A DNA stretch of 64,000 bases, taken from NCBI GenBank assembly GCA_030038095.1, contig JASHPK010000035.1, positions 26 through 64,025 on the forward strand. The letters run 5' to 3'. The DNA is from Thermoplasmata archaeon. GTDB taxonomy: Archaea; Thermoplasmatota; Thermoplasmata; Lutacidiplasmatales; UBA184. The notes beneath the pieces are model-generated. The model had not been told where the DNA came from. It did no database searches and worked only from the letters and a program-made list of their open reading frames with translations. This document shows positions 18,458 through 27,301 of the stretch, piece by piece; positions within the stretch are counted from its first letter, which is position 1; each line of letters begins with the position of its first letter. A program made the translations under genes and the position numbers.

Positions 18458-19327
18458 CTAGGCGAGCCCGCCGAGGAGCTTCTGGTAGGCCGGCAGGTTC
18501 GTCTCGAGGGTCGAGTCCGCGCGCACCGGCCCGCGCTTCGAGCCGACGAGCTTCACCTCGAGGCCCTCGGCCGAGTCGGAGTCCTTCGGCCGGTGCATGA
18601 CGCCGATCGGGATGCGCCCGGAGTCGATGATGTCAAGGCACACCCCGAACATCCGCTTGCGGTCGGTCGGGTCGTACCCGTCGAGCTTCGAGACGTCGAC
18701 GACCTTCTCGCGCCAGAGCTTGTAGGTGTCGTTGTACGTGACGCACGGGGAGAGGTCCTCGACGAACGCAAACCCGCGGCCCTCCCGGTTGAAGCGTAGC
18801 GCCTCCTCGAGGATCGCGGTCATCCCCTTCGGATCGCCCGAGAAGGTGCGGGCGATGAAGTTGGGCGCGGGGATCGACAGCGCCGTGAGGATCGAGTGGA
18901 ACGGAGGCTCGACATTCCCCTCGAAGCCGATCTGGCTGGTCGGGGAGGCCTGGCCCTTCGTGAGACCGTAGGTCTCGTTGTTCATCACGATGTAGAGGAT
19001 CGAGGCGTTCTTCTTGAACGCGTGGATGAAGTGACCCATCCCGATCGCGTAGCCGTCGCCGTCGCCGCCCGCCGCGAGCACCGTCAGCGACGGGTTCGCG
19101 AGCTTTACGCCCACCGCCTGCGCCAGCAGTCGCCCGTGCAGGGCGTGGATCCCGTTGATCTCGAGGAAGTTGTGGATCGAGCCGGAGCAGCCGATCCCCC
19201 CGACGAGCACGAGCTCGTGGGTCGGGATCTTGAGGTCGGCGGCCGCCCGCTTCACCGCCGCGAGCACGCCGAAGTCGCCGCACCCGGGGCACCAGATGGG
19301 CGAGTGGGGCTTCGCGGACTGGACCAT
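18458..19327 (-). CDS. korB: 2-oxoacid:ferredoxin oxidoreductase, beta (TPP-binding) subunit.
   Basis: WCPGCGDFG, GIGCSG, and the GGDGDGYAIG...NNETYGLTKGQ TPP motif. Substrate specificity cannot be assigned from sequence. Confidence 0.9.
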   Translation of the reverse strand: MVQSAKPHSPIWCPGCGDFGVLAAVKRAAADLKIPTHELVLVGGIGCSGSIHNFLEINGIHALHGRLLAQAVGVKLANPSLTVLAAGGDGDGYAIGMGHFIHAFKKNASILYIVMNNETYGLTKGQASPTSQIGFEGNVEPPFHSILTALSIPAPNFIARTFSGDPKGMTAILEEALRFNREGRGFAFVEDLSPCVTYNDTYKLWREKVVDVSKLDGYDPTDRKRMFGVCLDIIDSGRIPIGVMHRPKDSDSAEGLEVKLVGSKRGPVRADSTLETNLPAYQKLLGGLA

Positions 19328-19328
19328 C

Positions 19329-21119
19329 TCACTTCCCTCCCTGGACCGCCTGGACGATCTGGGGGGCCCGGAACGTGTAGCCGTCGTACCTCAGGATCGA
19401 TCGAAGCTTCGTGTACTGGGCCGGGATCGTCTCCCGGAGGAGCCGGGCGAACTGACCGGTGTAGTTGTGCTCGACCACGAACGCCACGTCGACCGAGCGG
19501 AGGAACGGCTCGATCTCGTGGACAGGCACCGGATAGAGGGTGCGCACTTGGAGGTACCGGGTCGGGACCCCCTTCGCCCCGAGGAGCGATTGCGCCTCGA
19601 GGATTGGCCCCGAGGTGCTTCCGAACCCGATCAGTCCGATCTTCGCCTCCGGGGGCCCGAAGAGCCGGGCGTTCGGAAGCTCGCCCCGCGCGAGGACCAT
19701 CTTGTCCATCCGCTTCTTCATCATGCGGACTCGGTTCTCGGGGTTCACCGAGACGTGCCCCCACTCGTCGTGTTCGTTCCCGGTGACCTCCGACCAGACC
19801 CCGGGGGTTCCGGGGACCGCGTACGGGCTCGCGCCGTCGCCGTACTGGTAGACCTTGTACTGCTCGAGCTTCTGGACCGCCTCCGCCGTGAGCCGCTTGC
19901 CCCGGTCGACATGGACGGCCGAGAGGTCGAATCGGCGGGAGGTCGCGGTGTTTTGGCAGAGCGCCTGGTCGAGCAGCAGGATCACGGGGAGCCGCCAGCG
20001 ATCCGCGAGGTTCAGCGCTTCCGTGGTCAGTAGGAAACAGTCCGACGGATCCGAGGGCGCGAGGATGAACCTCGGGTACTCCCCATGCCCGAGGTTCGCG
20101 AGGTGGGAAAGGTCCGATTGCTCGTGACGGGTCGGTTGGCCGGTGGACGGTCCCACGCGTTGGCAATCGGCGACGACGATCGGGATCTCAGCGGTGCCCG
20201 CGTGCCCGATCCCCTCGGTCATCAGCGAGAGACCCGGGCCGCTCGTGCTCGTCATCACGCGCGCCCCCGCGTACGCGGCGCCGATGATCATGTTGACCGC
20301 GGCGAGCTCGTCCTCCGCCTGGCGGACGACGCCCTCGAACGGCGGGAGGTACCGCTGGAGGTACTCCATGATCTCGGTGGCGGGCGTGATCGGGTACCCG
20401 GCGAAGAACCGGCCACCGCCGACGACGAAGCCGAGCGCGACCGCTTGGTTTCCGGTCGTCAGGATCAACGAGTGGGCGTCGCCATCGACCAGCGAGAAGC
20501 GGTTCGGCACGTCGGGATTCTCGCTCGCCGCCTTCCGCCCGATGTCGAGGGCCTTGAGGTTCTTCTCGAGCGCCTCGCCTCCGCGCCGCTTGAACCGCTC
20601 CTCGATGACCGACCGGGTCATCGGCTCGTCAAAGCCGAGGAGGACGCTGAGCGCGCCGTAGGCCGCGGTGTTCTTGAAGATCGGCTGGCCGAGCGGTCCG
20701 CCGACCAGCGTGGCGAACGGGAACCCGACCGCGTTCGGCAGGTCGGTGTGGAACGTCGTCGAATCGTAGAGGATGAATCCGTGGGGAGCGAGCTCGGCTC
20801 GGCCGAGCTGGATCGCCTCGTTATCGAAGGCCACGAGGACGTCGACCTGGGGCTTGACCGCGGAGGTCGGGTCCCGGCTCGCGCGCACGCTCGCGTCAGC
20901 GTGCCCCCCGCGGATCCGCGAGAGGACATTGCGCGAGGTGTAGACGTAGAGGCCGCGCTTGCGGAAGTAGCGGCCGAGCAGATCCGAAACGGTGAGCGTC
21001 CCGTCGCCGCCTTGGCCCCCGATCATCACGCTGAGGTCGGAGAGTTCCATCGGGGGACGGGCGGCGCTAGGGCCCGTCTCCTCGGGCAGGGAGGGCGGAT
21101 GCGCGGCGGGGGTGCTCAT
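19329..21119 (-). CDS. korA: 2-oxoacid:ferredoxin oxidoreductase, alpha (fused gamma-alpha) subunit.
   Basis: GGQGGDGT (gamma-domain) plus alpha-domain motifs. I chose ATG 21119 (MSTPAAH...). TTG 21137 is an alternative start. Confidence 0.88.
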   Translation of the reverse strand: MSTPAAHPPSLPEETGPSAARPPMELSDLSVMIGGQGGDGTLTVSDLLGRYFRKRGLYVYTSRNVLSRIRGGHADASVRASRDPTSAVKPQVDVLVAFDNEAIQLGRAELAPHGFILYDSTTFHTDLPNAVGFPFATLVGGPLGQPIFKNTAAYGALSVLLGFDEPMTRSVIEERFKRRGGEALEKNLKALDIGRKAASENPDVPNRFSLVDGDAHSLILTTGNQAVALGFVVGGGRFFAGYPITPATEIMEYLQRYLPPFEGVVRQAEDELAAVNMIIGAAYAGARVMTSTSGPGLSLMTEGIGHAGTAEIPIVVADCQRVGPSTGQPTRHEQSDLSHLANLGHGEYPRFILAPSDPSDCFLLTTEALNLADRWRLPVILLLDQALCQNTATSRRFDLSAVHVDRGKRLTAEAVQKLEQYKVYQYGDGASPYAVPGTPGVWSEVTGNEHDEWGHVSVNPENRVRMMKKRMDKMVLARGELPNARLFGPPEAKIGLIGFGSTSGPILEAQSLLGAKGVPTRYLQVRTLYPVPVHEIEPFLRSVDVAFVVEHNYTGQFARLLRETIPAQYTKLRSILRYDGYTFRAPQIVQAVQGGK

Positions 21120-21173
21120 GGTGTGCTCCGGGAACAAATCGCGGTCGATTTGTACCGCATTTCAACCCCGGTA

Positions 21174-21181
21174 CATATTTA
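21174..21181. promoter_or_regulatory. AT-rich TATA element (ATATTTAA) in the divergent korA / leuA-like intergenic region. It may act bidirectionally.
   Basis: It is the only AT-rich block between 21120 and 21282. It lies ~52 nt from the korA ATG. It also lies ~25 nt from an in-frame GTG (21202) of the synthase ORF. Confidence 0.4.
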
Positions 21182-21282
21182 AGAATCCCTCCGCCGGGAA
21201 CGTGCGAAACGATAACTTGGCGCCCCCGCGCGCCCCGCTCGCGTTCGAAAAAGGTAAACGGGGGGGTGCGGCTGGAAGCTCC

Positions 21283-22530
21283 GTGGCGGAGGAACGCCTC
21301 GTCGAGAACTACCACGTCGAAACCGCGCGGCAGCGCAAGATCCCGCGCTCGATCGAGGTGTGGGACGAGACGCTGCGCGACGGCGAGCAGACGCCCGGCG
21401 TGCATTTCTCCCCGGAGGAGAAGCTCCGCATCGCCGAACTCCTCTCGGACGTCGGGGTGGCGGTGCTGAACGCGGGGATCCCGGTCGTCTCCGAGGAAGA
21501 GGCCCGGGCCGTGCGTCTGGTCGCGGACGCCGGGCTCAAGGCGAAGATCCTGGCCGCCGCTCGAACGGTGCCGGCCGACGTCGACGCCGTGATCCGCAGC
21601 GGAGCGAGCCACATCGCCATCTTCGTCGCGGCGAGCAATGTCCACCTGAAGTACAAGCTCAAGATGTCGCAGGAGGAAGTGCGCGCCGCCGCTCTCGCGA
21701 CCGTTCGCCAGGCGAAGGACGCGGGGCTCCACGTCGCGTTCGTCACCGAGGACACGGTCCGCGCGCCGTTCGACTTCGTCGAACGCCTCTACCGGGACGT
21801 GCAGGCGGAGGGCGCCGACCGGCTCGTCGTCGCGGACACGGTCGGGATCATGACGCCGCTGACCTTTCGATGGTTCCTGACCGAGTTCAAGCGCCGGGTG
21901 CGACCGAAGGATCTTTCGGTCCACTGCCACAACGACTTCGGCCTCGCGACCGCGAACACCCTCACCGCCGTCGAGTGCGGGGCCCGGGCCCCCCAGGTCT
22001 GCGTGAACGGGCTCGGCGAGCGCGCGGGCAACGCGTCGCTCGAGGAGGTCGTGCTCGACCTCGAGGCCCTCTACGGGGTCGACACAGGGATCCGGACGGA
22101 GAAGATCCACGAACTCTCCCAGGTGGTCGAGGAGCTCTCCGGGGTCCCGATCGCCGCCAACAAAGCCCTCGTGGGGTACAACGCCTTCTCGCACGAGGCC
22201 GGGATCCACACGCACGGGATCCTCGCCCACACCCTCACGTATGAGCCGCTCCAGCCCGAGGTGGTCGGTCGCAACCGTCAGATGATCCTCGGGAAGCACA
22301 CGGGCAAGGCCGCGATCGTCGAGAAGCTCAAGGAGCGCGGACTCTCCGCCCCGGACCCGGTGCTCCTCGAGCTGTTGCGGCGGGTGAAGACCGGGATGGA
22401 GATGCGCTCGAAGAACGATTTGCGGCGGTTCCTCGAGCAGTACCGGTCGCTCTTCGGCAAACCCGGGCTCTCCGACGAGGAGTTTTGGTCCTTGGTGGAT
22501 GCGGTCGGCATCCGGAGGGCCGGATCGTGA
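21283..22530 (+). CDS. 2-isopropylmalate / citramalate / homocitrate synthase family enzyme (short form, no LeuA regulatory domain).
   Basis: EVWDETLRDGEQTPGV and HCHNDFGLATANT motifs (DRE-TIM/HMGL-like). I chose start GTG 21283. GTG 21202 is possible if the mRNA is leaderless, but those extra codons have poorer GC3. Confidence 0.85.
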   Translation: MAEERLVENYHVETARQRKIPRSIEVWDETLRDGEQTPGVHFSPEEKLRIAELLSDVGVAVLNAGIPVVSEEEARAVRLVADAGLKAKILAAARTVPADVDAVIRSGASHIAIFVAASNVHLKYKLKMSQEEVRAAALATVRQAKDAGLHVAFVTEDTVRAPFDFVERLYRDVQAEGADRLVVADTVGIMTPLTFRWFLTEFKRRVRPKDLSVHCHNDFGLATANTLTAVECGARAPQVCVNGLGERAGNASLEEVVLDLEALYGVDTGIRTEKIHELSQVVEELSGVPIAANKALVGYNAFSHEAGIHTHGILAHTLTYEPLQPEVVGRNRQMILGKHTGKAAIVEKLKERGLSAPDPVLLELLRRVKTGMEMRSKNDLRRFLEQYRSLFGKPGLSDEEFWSLVDAVGIRRAGS

Positions 22531-23810
22531 GCGAGGGCAACGGGCACGGGCAGACGCTGGCCGAGAAGATCCTCGCGCGGGCGTCGGGGCAGGAGCGGGT
22601 CGTGCCGGGAGAGATCGTCGAGGGTCGCGTCGACCTCGCCATGATGCACGAGCAGGGCGCCCAGACGGTCGCCCCGTTCCACCAGATGGGCGCGGAGCGC
22701 GTCTGGGACCCGGACCGCGTCGTCATCGCGATCGATCACTGGGTACCCGCCTCGACTGAAGGCGCCGCCGTGCTGCACCGGATCCTGCGGAAGTTCGCGG
22801 CCGAGACGCACCTCCCGCACTTCTACGATGTGGGGAACCACGGGATCTGCCACCAGATCCTCGCGGAGAACGGCTGGGTGGTGCCGGGCGACCTCGCCGT
22901 CGGCACCGACTCGCACACGAACATGCTCGGGGCGATGGGCGCGGTCGCCGCCGGGATCGGTCCGACGGAGATGGCGGCGGTCCTCGCCCTCGGCCGGCTC
23001 TGGCTCAAGGTCCCCCCGTCGATCTCGGTGGAGGTCCGCGGGCAGTTCGGCCGAGGGGTCACCGCGAAGGACCTCGTACTGCGGGTCCTCGGCGAGGTGA
23101 GGACGACGGGGGCCACCTACAAGGCCGTCGAGTTCTCGGGGCCGACGATCGGGCGGATGTCGATGCCCGAGCGGTTCACGATCTGCAACATGACGACCGA
23201 GATGGGCGCCAAGACCGGGATGGTCGCGCCGGATCAAACGACGTTCGATTACCTCGCCCCGATCGCCAAGCACGCCATGCATCCGATGCGATCGGACCCC
23301 GACGCGCGCTACGAGCGGACGGTCGAGATCGACGTGGAGGGGATGCCGCCGATGGTGGCGTGTCCGTACTCCCCCGATAACGTCCGGCCGCTGCCCGACG
23401 TCGTGAAGGAGCATGTCAGGGTCGACCAGGTGTTCCTCGGCTCTTGCACGAACGCCCGGATCGAAGACCTGCGCGAGGGGGCCGCACTGATGAAGGGCGA
23501 GAAGGTCGCGCCCGGGGTGCGGTTCATCGTGTCGCCCGCGTCGACCAAGATCTACCAGCAGTGCCTCGCCGAAGGGATCATCGAGACCTTCACGGAGGCC
23601 GGGGCCGTCTTCACGAACTCGAGCTGCTCCGCCTGCTTCGGCGGGAACATGGGAATCCTCGCCCCCGATGAGGTGTGCGCCTCCTCCTCGAATCGGAACT
23701 TCCCCGGCCGCATGGGCGCGAAGGAGGCCCGGATCTACCTCATGTCGCCCGCCGCCGTGGTGGCGACCGCGATCCGCGGGGAGATCAGCGACCCGCGCGA
23801 GATGCAGTAG
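22527..23810 (+). CDS. leuC: 3-isopropylmalate/(homo)aconitase-type dehydratase, large subunit.
   Basis: GTG overlaps the upstream TGA (GTGA). Motifs: AVGTDSHT, and the Fe-S ligands GSCTNAR and SCSACFG. 427 aa. Confidence 0.88.
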   Translation: MSEGNGHGQTLAEKILARASGQERVVPGEIVEGRVDLAMMHEQGAQTVAPFHQMGAERVWDPDRVVIAIDHWVPASTEGAAVLHRILRKFAAETHLPHFYDVGNHGICHQILAENGWVVPGDLAVGTDSHTNMLGAMGAVAAGIGPTEMAAVLALGRLWLKVPPSISVEVRGQFGRGVTAKDLVLRVLGEVRTTGATYKAVEFSGPTIGRMSMPERFTICNMTTEMGAKTGMVAPDQTTFDYLAPIAKHAMHPMRSDPDARYERTVEIDVEGMPPMVACPYSPDNVRPLPDVVKEHVRVDQVFLGSCTNARIEDLREGAALMKGEKVAPGVRFIVSPASTKIYQQCLAEGIIETFTEAGAVFTNSSCSACFGGNMGILAPDEVCASSSNRNFPGRMGAKEARIYLMSPAAVVATAIRGEISDPREMQ

Positions 23811-23821
23811 GAGGGTCCACC

Positions 23822-24346
23822 ATGCAGGAGATCATCGAAGGTCGGGTCTGGACCCTCGGTCGCGACGTCGACACCGACCAGATCATCTCGGGAAAGTACC
23901 TCACGATCATCGACCCGAACGAGCTCAAGAAACACGTCTTCGAGATCGCGTTGCCCGCGTTCGCGAAGGAGGCCCGCGCGGGGGATATCCTCGTCGCGGA
24001 CGAGAATTTCGGCTCGGGTTCGAGCCGGGAGCACGCCCCCCAGGCGATGCGGGCGATCGGGGTCGGCGCGGTGGTCGCCGACTCCTTTGCCCGGATCTTC
24101 TATCGCAACGCGATCAACCTCGGCATCCCGACCATCGAGGCACGGGGGGTGCGGGCGATCTTCGAGACCGGAGACACGGCCCGGATCGAGCTGCGCGCGG
24201 GCGTGGTCCGGAACGTGCGTACCGGGGCCTCCGTGGAGTTCCCGCCGATCCCGCATCATCTGCTGGAACTCCTCGAGGCGGGCGGGCTCGTCGAGAAGGT
24301 GCGCGCGGAGCTCGCCGCGCGCAAGGCCGCCGGGGCCTCCCCATGA
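23822..24346 (+). CDS. leuD: 3-isopropylmalate/(homo)aconitase-type dehydratase, small subunit.
   Basis: MQEIIEGRVWTLGRDVDTDQIISGKYLTII...GSGSSREHAP. The substrate loop reads YLTI (no Arg), which favours the isopropylmalate/citraconate type. Confidence 0.85.
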   Translation: MQEIIEGRVWTLGRDVDTDQIISGKYLTIIDPNELKKHVFEIALPAFAKEARAGDILVADENFGSGSSREHAPQAMRAIGVGAVVADSFARIFYRNAINLGIPTIEARGVRAIFETGDTARIELRAGVVRNVRTGASVEFPPIPHHLLELLEAGGLVEKVRAELAARKAAGASP

Positions 24347-25476
24347 AGGACGCCGGGTACGAGATCGCGGTCTACCCCGGCGACGGGACCGGCCCGGAGG
24401 TCATCCGGGAAGGCGAGAAGGTCCTCTCCGCGCTCGCCGAGAACGCCGCGGCCCCCTGGCACCTCTCGGAGTTTCCGGGTGGGGGCCAATACTACCTCAA
24501 GACCGGCCGCGAGTGGGAGCCCGAGGCGGCCGCCGCCGCGAGGAGCGCCGACGCGATCCTCCTCGGGGCGGTCGGCTGGCCGGGAGCAACCCTCCCGAAC
24601 GGGGACATCGCGGGGCGAGCGCTCGTGCTGGGCCTGCGGGAAGGCCTCGACCTTTTCGCGAACGTGCGACCCTGCCGACTGTACCCCGGCGTGAAGCACC
24701 GGATCAGCGGGGAGTACCGGTCCGTCTGGGCCCCGAGGAACGTCGACATGGTGATCGTCCGCGAGAACACCGAGGATCTGTACACCCCAGCCCGGGGCCG
24801 TCTCGCCCGCGGGGGGGAGACGGAGGTGACCGTCGACACTCGCATCATCACGCGCAAGGGTTCCGAGCGGGTGATCCGGTACGCGTTCGAGCTCGCCCGC
24901 GCGCGGGACCGCGGAGCGCCGGAGGACGGGGTGAAGCGGGTCACGTGCGTCGACAAGTCGAACGTGATGGAAGGGTGCCGCTTCTTTCGCGAGACGTTCG
25001 ACCGCGTGGCGGGCGGCTACCCCGAGATCGAGCGGGATTACGCCTACGTCGACGCCTTCACGCAGTGGCTGATCCGCAACCCGGAGCACTACAATGTGGC
25101 CGTCGCGACGAACATGATGGGGGACATCATCACGGACCTCGCCTCGATCCTCCAGGGCGGGATGGGCTTCGCCTCGGGGGGCAACATCGGGTCCGAGCAC
25201 GCGATGTTCGAGCCGGTCCACGGGAGCGCCCCGAAGTACGCGGGCAAGAACCAGGTGAACCCGTACGCGACCTTCTTCGCCGTCGAGCAGATGCTCCGCT
25301 GGCTCGGGGACCGGGCGAAGGACGCCCGGCTCACCCTCCAGGCCGACCGCCTCGAGCGGGCGATCGCGAGCACGCTCGCGGCCGGGGGTAGCGGGACCTA
25401 CGATCAGGGCGGGTCCGTCACGACGAGCGAGGCCGGCGATCGCCTCGCCGCCGCCGTCCGTGCGGAGCGTTCATGA
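24343..25476 (+). CDS. leuB: 3-isopropylmalate (or homoisocitrate) dehydrogenase.
   Basis: ATGA overlap with leuD. Motifs: YPGDGTGPEV, VRENTEDLY, and NMMGDIITDLAS..GG.G.A. Confidence 0.88.
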   Translation: MKDAGYEIAVYPGDGTGPEVIREGEKVLSALAENAAAPWHLSEFPGGGQYYLKTGREWEPEAAAAARSADAILLGAVGWPGATLPNGDIAGRALVLGLREGLDLFANVRPCRLYPGVKHRISGEYRSVWAPRNVDMVIVRENTEDLYTPARGRLARGGETEVTVDTRIITRKGSERVIRYAFELARARDRGAPEDGVKRVTCVDKSNVMEGCRFFRETFDRVAGGYPEIERDYAYVDAFTQWLIRNPEHYNVAVATNMMGDIITDLASILQGGMGFASGGNIGSEHAMFEPVHGSAPKYAGKNQVNPYATFFAVEQMLRWLGDRAKDARLTLQADRLERAIASTLAAGGSGTYDQGGSVTTSEAGDRLAAAVRAERS

Positions 25477-26657
25477 GCGGCCGCGCGGTCGCCGTCGTCG
25501 GCGGCGTCACGACGAAGTGGGGGGTCCGGTCGGCGACCTGGCCCGAGCTCGCGCAGGAGGTGGGAGCCGCGCTGTTCCGGGCCGTACCGGAGCTGCGCGC
25601 CGAGGAGGTCGACTCCCTATTCGTCGGCGCGGCCGAGCCCGAGCGGTTCGCGTTCCAGTCGCACGTCGCCCCGCTCGCCGCCGAGCAGATGGGCGTGAGA
25701 CCCCATCGGATCCTGCAGCGGACGGAGCTCGCGTGCGCCTCGGGCCAGTCCGCGATCCGCTCCGCCTATGCCGCGATCGCCTCCGGCCTCTCGGACATCG
25801 CGGTCGCCGTGGGCATCGAGAAGATGAACATCCCGTCGATGGCGGAGGCGAACTCCTCGATGGGGTGCGTCATGGACCGGATGTGGGACGGTCCCCACGG
25901 CGCGACCGCTCCCCCCTTCTTCGCGATGGTGGCCCAGCGCCACATGCTCGAGTACGGGACCACGGAGGAGCAGCTCGCAGCGGTCTCCGAGAAGAACCAT
26001 CGCTTCGCGAACTCGAATCCTTCGGCCCAGTTCCACGAGAAGTCGTTCCCCCGGGACAAACTGCTGCGACTGCCCCTGATCGCTCCCCCGCTGCGGCTCG
26101 GCGACTGCTCGTCGATGACGGACGGCGCCGCCGCCGTCCTCCTGGTCGGAGAGGAATCGGCCCGGCGGTTCACCGACACTCCGGCGTGGATCCGCGGGAC
26201 CGGCCAGTACTCGGACTTCCACAATCTCGCCCACTCGGGTTCGCTCACGGACTGGGTCGGGCTCAAGACCGCCTCCCGGGAGGCGCTGCGGCGGGCCGGT
26301 ATCGGTGTCCACGACCTCGATTTCGCGGAGGTGCACGACTGCTTCTCGATCTCCGAGATCATCGAGTACGAGGCGCTCGGGCTCTGCGGCCCGGGCGAAG
26401 GGGGCCGGTTCGTCGCGGACGGCCGCAGCTCGATCGGCGGGGAGATCGTCGTGAACCCCCGAGGCGGCCTCCTCGGATGCGGCCACCCGCTCGGCGCCAC
26501 CGGGATCGGCCAGGCGGTGGAGGTGTTCCATCAGTTCGCGCGGACGGTGCCCCCGGCCCGCCAGGTACCCGATCCCGAGTGGGCCCTCGTCCACAATCTC
26601 TCGGGGAGCGCCAACGTCCACTCGCTGATGGTCTACCAGCGGGGAGGCGCGGCGTGA
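25473..26657 (+). CDS. Thiolase (archaeal acetyl-CoA acetyltransferase / SCP-x type).
   Basis: ATGA overlap with leuB. The nucleophile motif is ELACASGQSAI. C-terminal motifs are CGHPLGATGIGQ and NLSGSA. Confidence 0.88.
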   Translation: MSGRAVAVVGGVTTKWGVRSATWPELAQEVGAALFRAVPELRAEEVDSLFVGAAEPERFAFQSHVAPLAAEQMGVRPHRILQRTELACASGQSAIRSAYAAIASGLSDIAVAVGIEKMNIPSMAEANSSMGCVMDRMWDGPHGATAPPFFAMVAQRHMLEYGTTEEQLAAVSEKNHRFANSNPSAQFHEKSFPRDKLLRLPLIAPPLRLGDCSSMTDGAAAVLLVGEESARRFTDTPAWIRGTGQYSDFHNLAHSGSLTDWVGLKTASREALRRAGIGVHDLDFAEVHDCFSISEIIEYEALGLCGPGEGGRFVADGRSSIGGEIVVNPRGGLLGCGHPLGATGIGQAVEVFHQFARTVPPARQVPDPEWALVHNLSGSANVHSLMVYQRGGAA

Positions 26658-27193
26658 GCGGCGAGCCCCCCCGACCCCGTCGGCCGGGCGGCGCGCTCTC
26701 TTCGGAACCGCGCCCCGAGGAGACGCCCAAGAATCCGCCCGTCGAGCCCAAAGCCAAGCCGGTGGAGGCGTTGCCGTTCCTGCTCGATTTCTTCCCCCTC
26801 GAAGGCGCGAAGGAGACCCGGCTCTCCCGCTTCTACGAGCGGTTGCGCGAGGGACGGGTTTCCACGACCCGCTGCCCGAGGGACCTCGAGCTCCACTGGC
26901 CCCCCCGCACCGCGTGCCCGAAATGCCACAGCGAGGAGCTCGAGTGGACCGACCTGCCCGAGAAGGGCCGGATCTACAGTTTCAGCGCGGTGCTCGCGGG
27001 CGCGCCCCTCGGAATGGAAGCGGAGGTGCCGTACGCGGTCGGGCTCGTGGACCTCGAGGGGGCGCCGCTCCGGCTCTTCGGCCGGATCGAGGGCCGCGCC
27101 TGGAATGCGCTCCACGTCGGCGAATCCGTCCGCCTCGAACCGTACGCGCTCCCGGACGGACGCTGGTTCTACCGCTTCCGGGCGGCCGACTAG
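26654..27193 (+). CDS. DUF35 Zn-ribbon/OB-fold protein (thiolase partner).
   Basis: GTGA overlap with the thiolase. The pattern CPRDLELHWPPRTACPKCHS...GRIYSFSAV...VGLVDLEG...L.GRI is classic DUF35. It has a ~45-aa disordered N-terminus. Confidence 0.82.
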   Translation: MSGEPPRPRRPGGALSSEPRPEETPKNPPVEPKAKPVEALPFLLDFFPLEGAKETRLSRFYERLREGRVSTTRCPRDLELHWPPRTACPKCHSEELEWTDLPEKGRIYSFSAVLAGAPLGMEAEVPYAVGLVDLEGAPLRLFGRIEGRAWNALHVGESVRLEPYALPDGRWFYRFRAAD

Positions 27194-27242
27194 GGTCGGG
27201 ATTCCCTCTCGGGACTTCGAGGCGGCGCCCACGAGAGTAGGC

Positions 27243-27250
27243 TATTTATA
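27243..27250 (+). promoter_or_regulatory. Strong TATA box (TATTTATA), ~52 nt upstream of the aglB ATG.
   Basis: ggctatttatacaccc within the 108-nt spacer after the DUF35 gene. Confidence 0.5.
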
Positions 27251-27301
27251 CACCCCCTAGGTCTCGCGCGCCGCTGAACCACACAGGGTAGCCGGTTGCT
27301 C

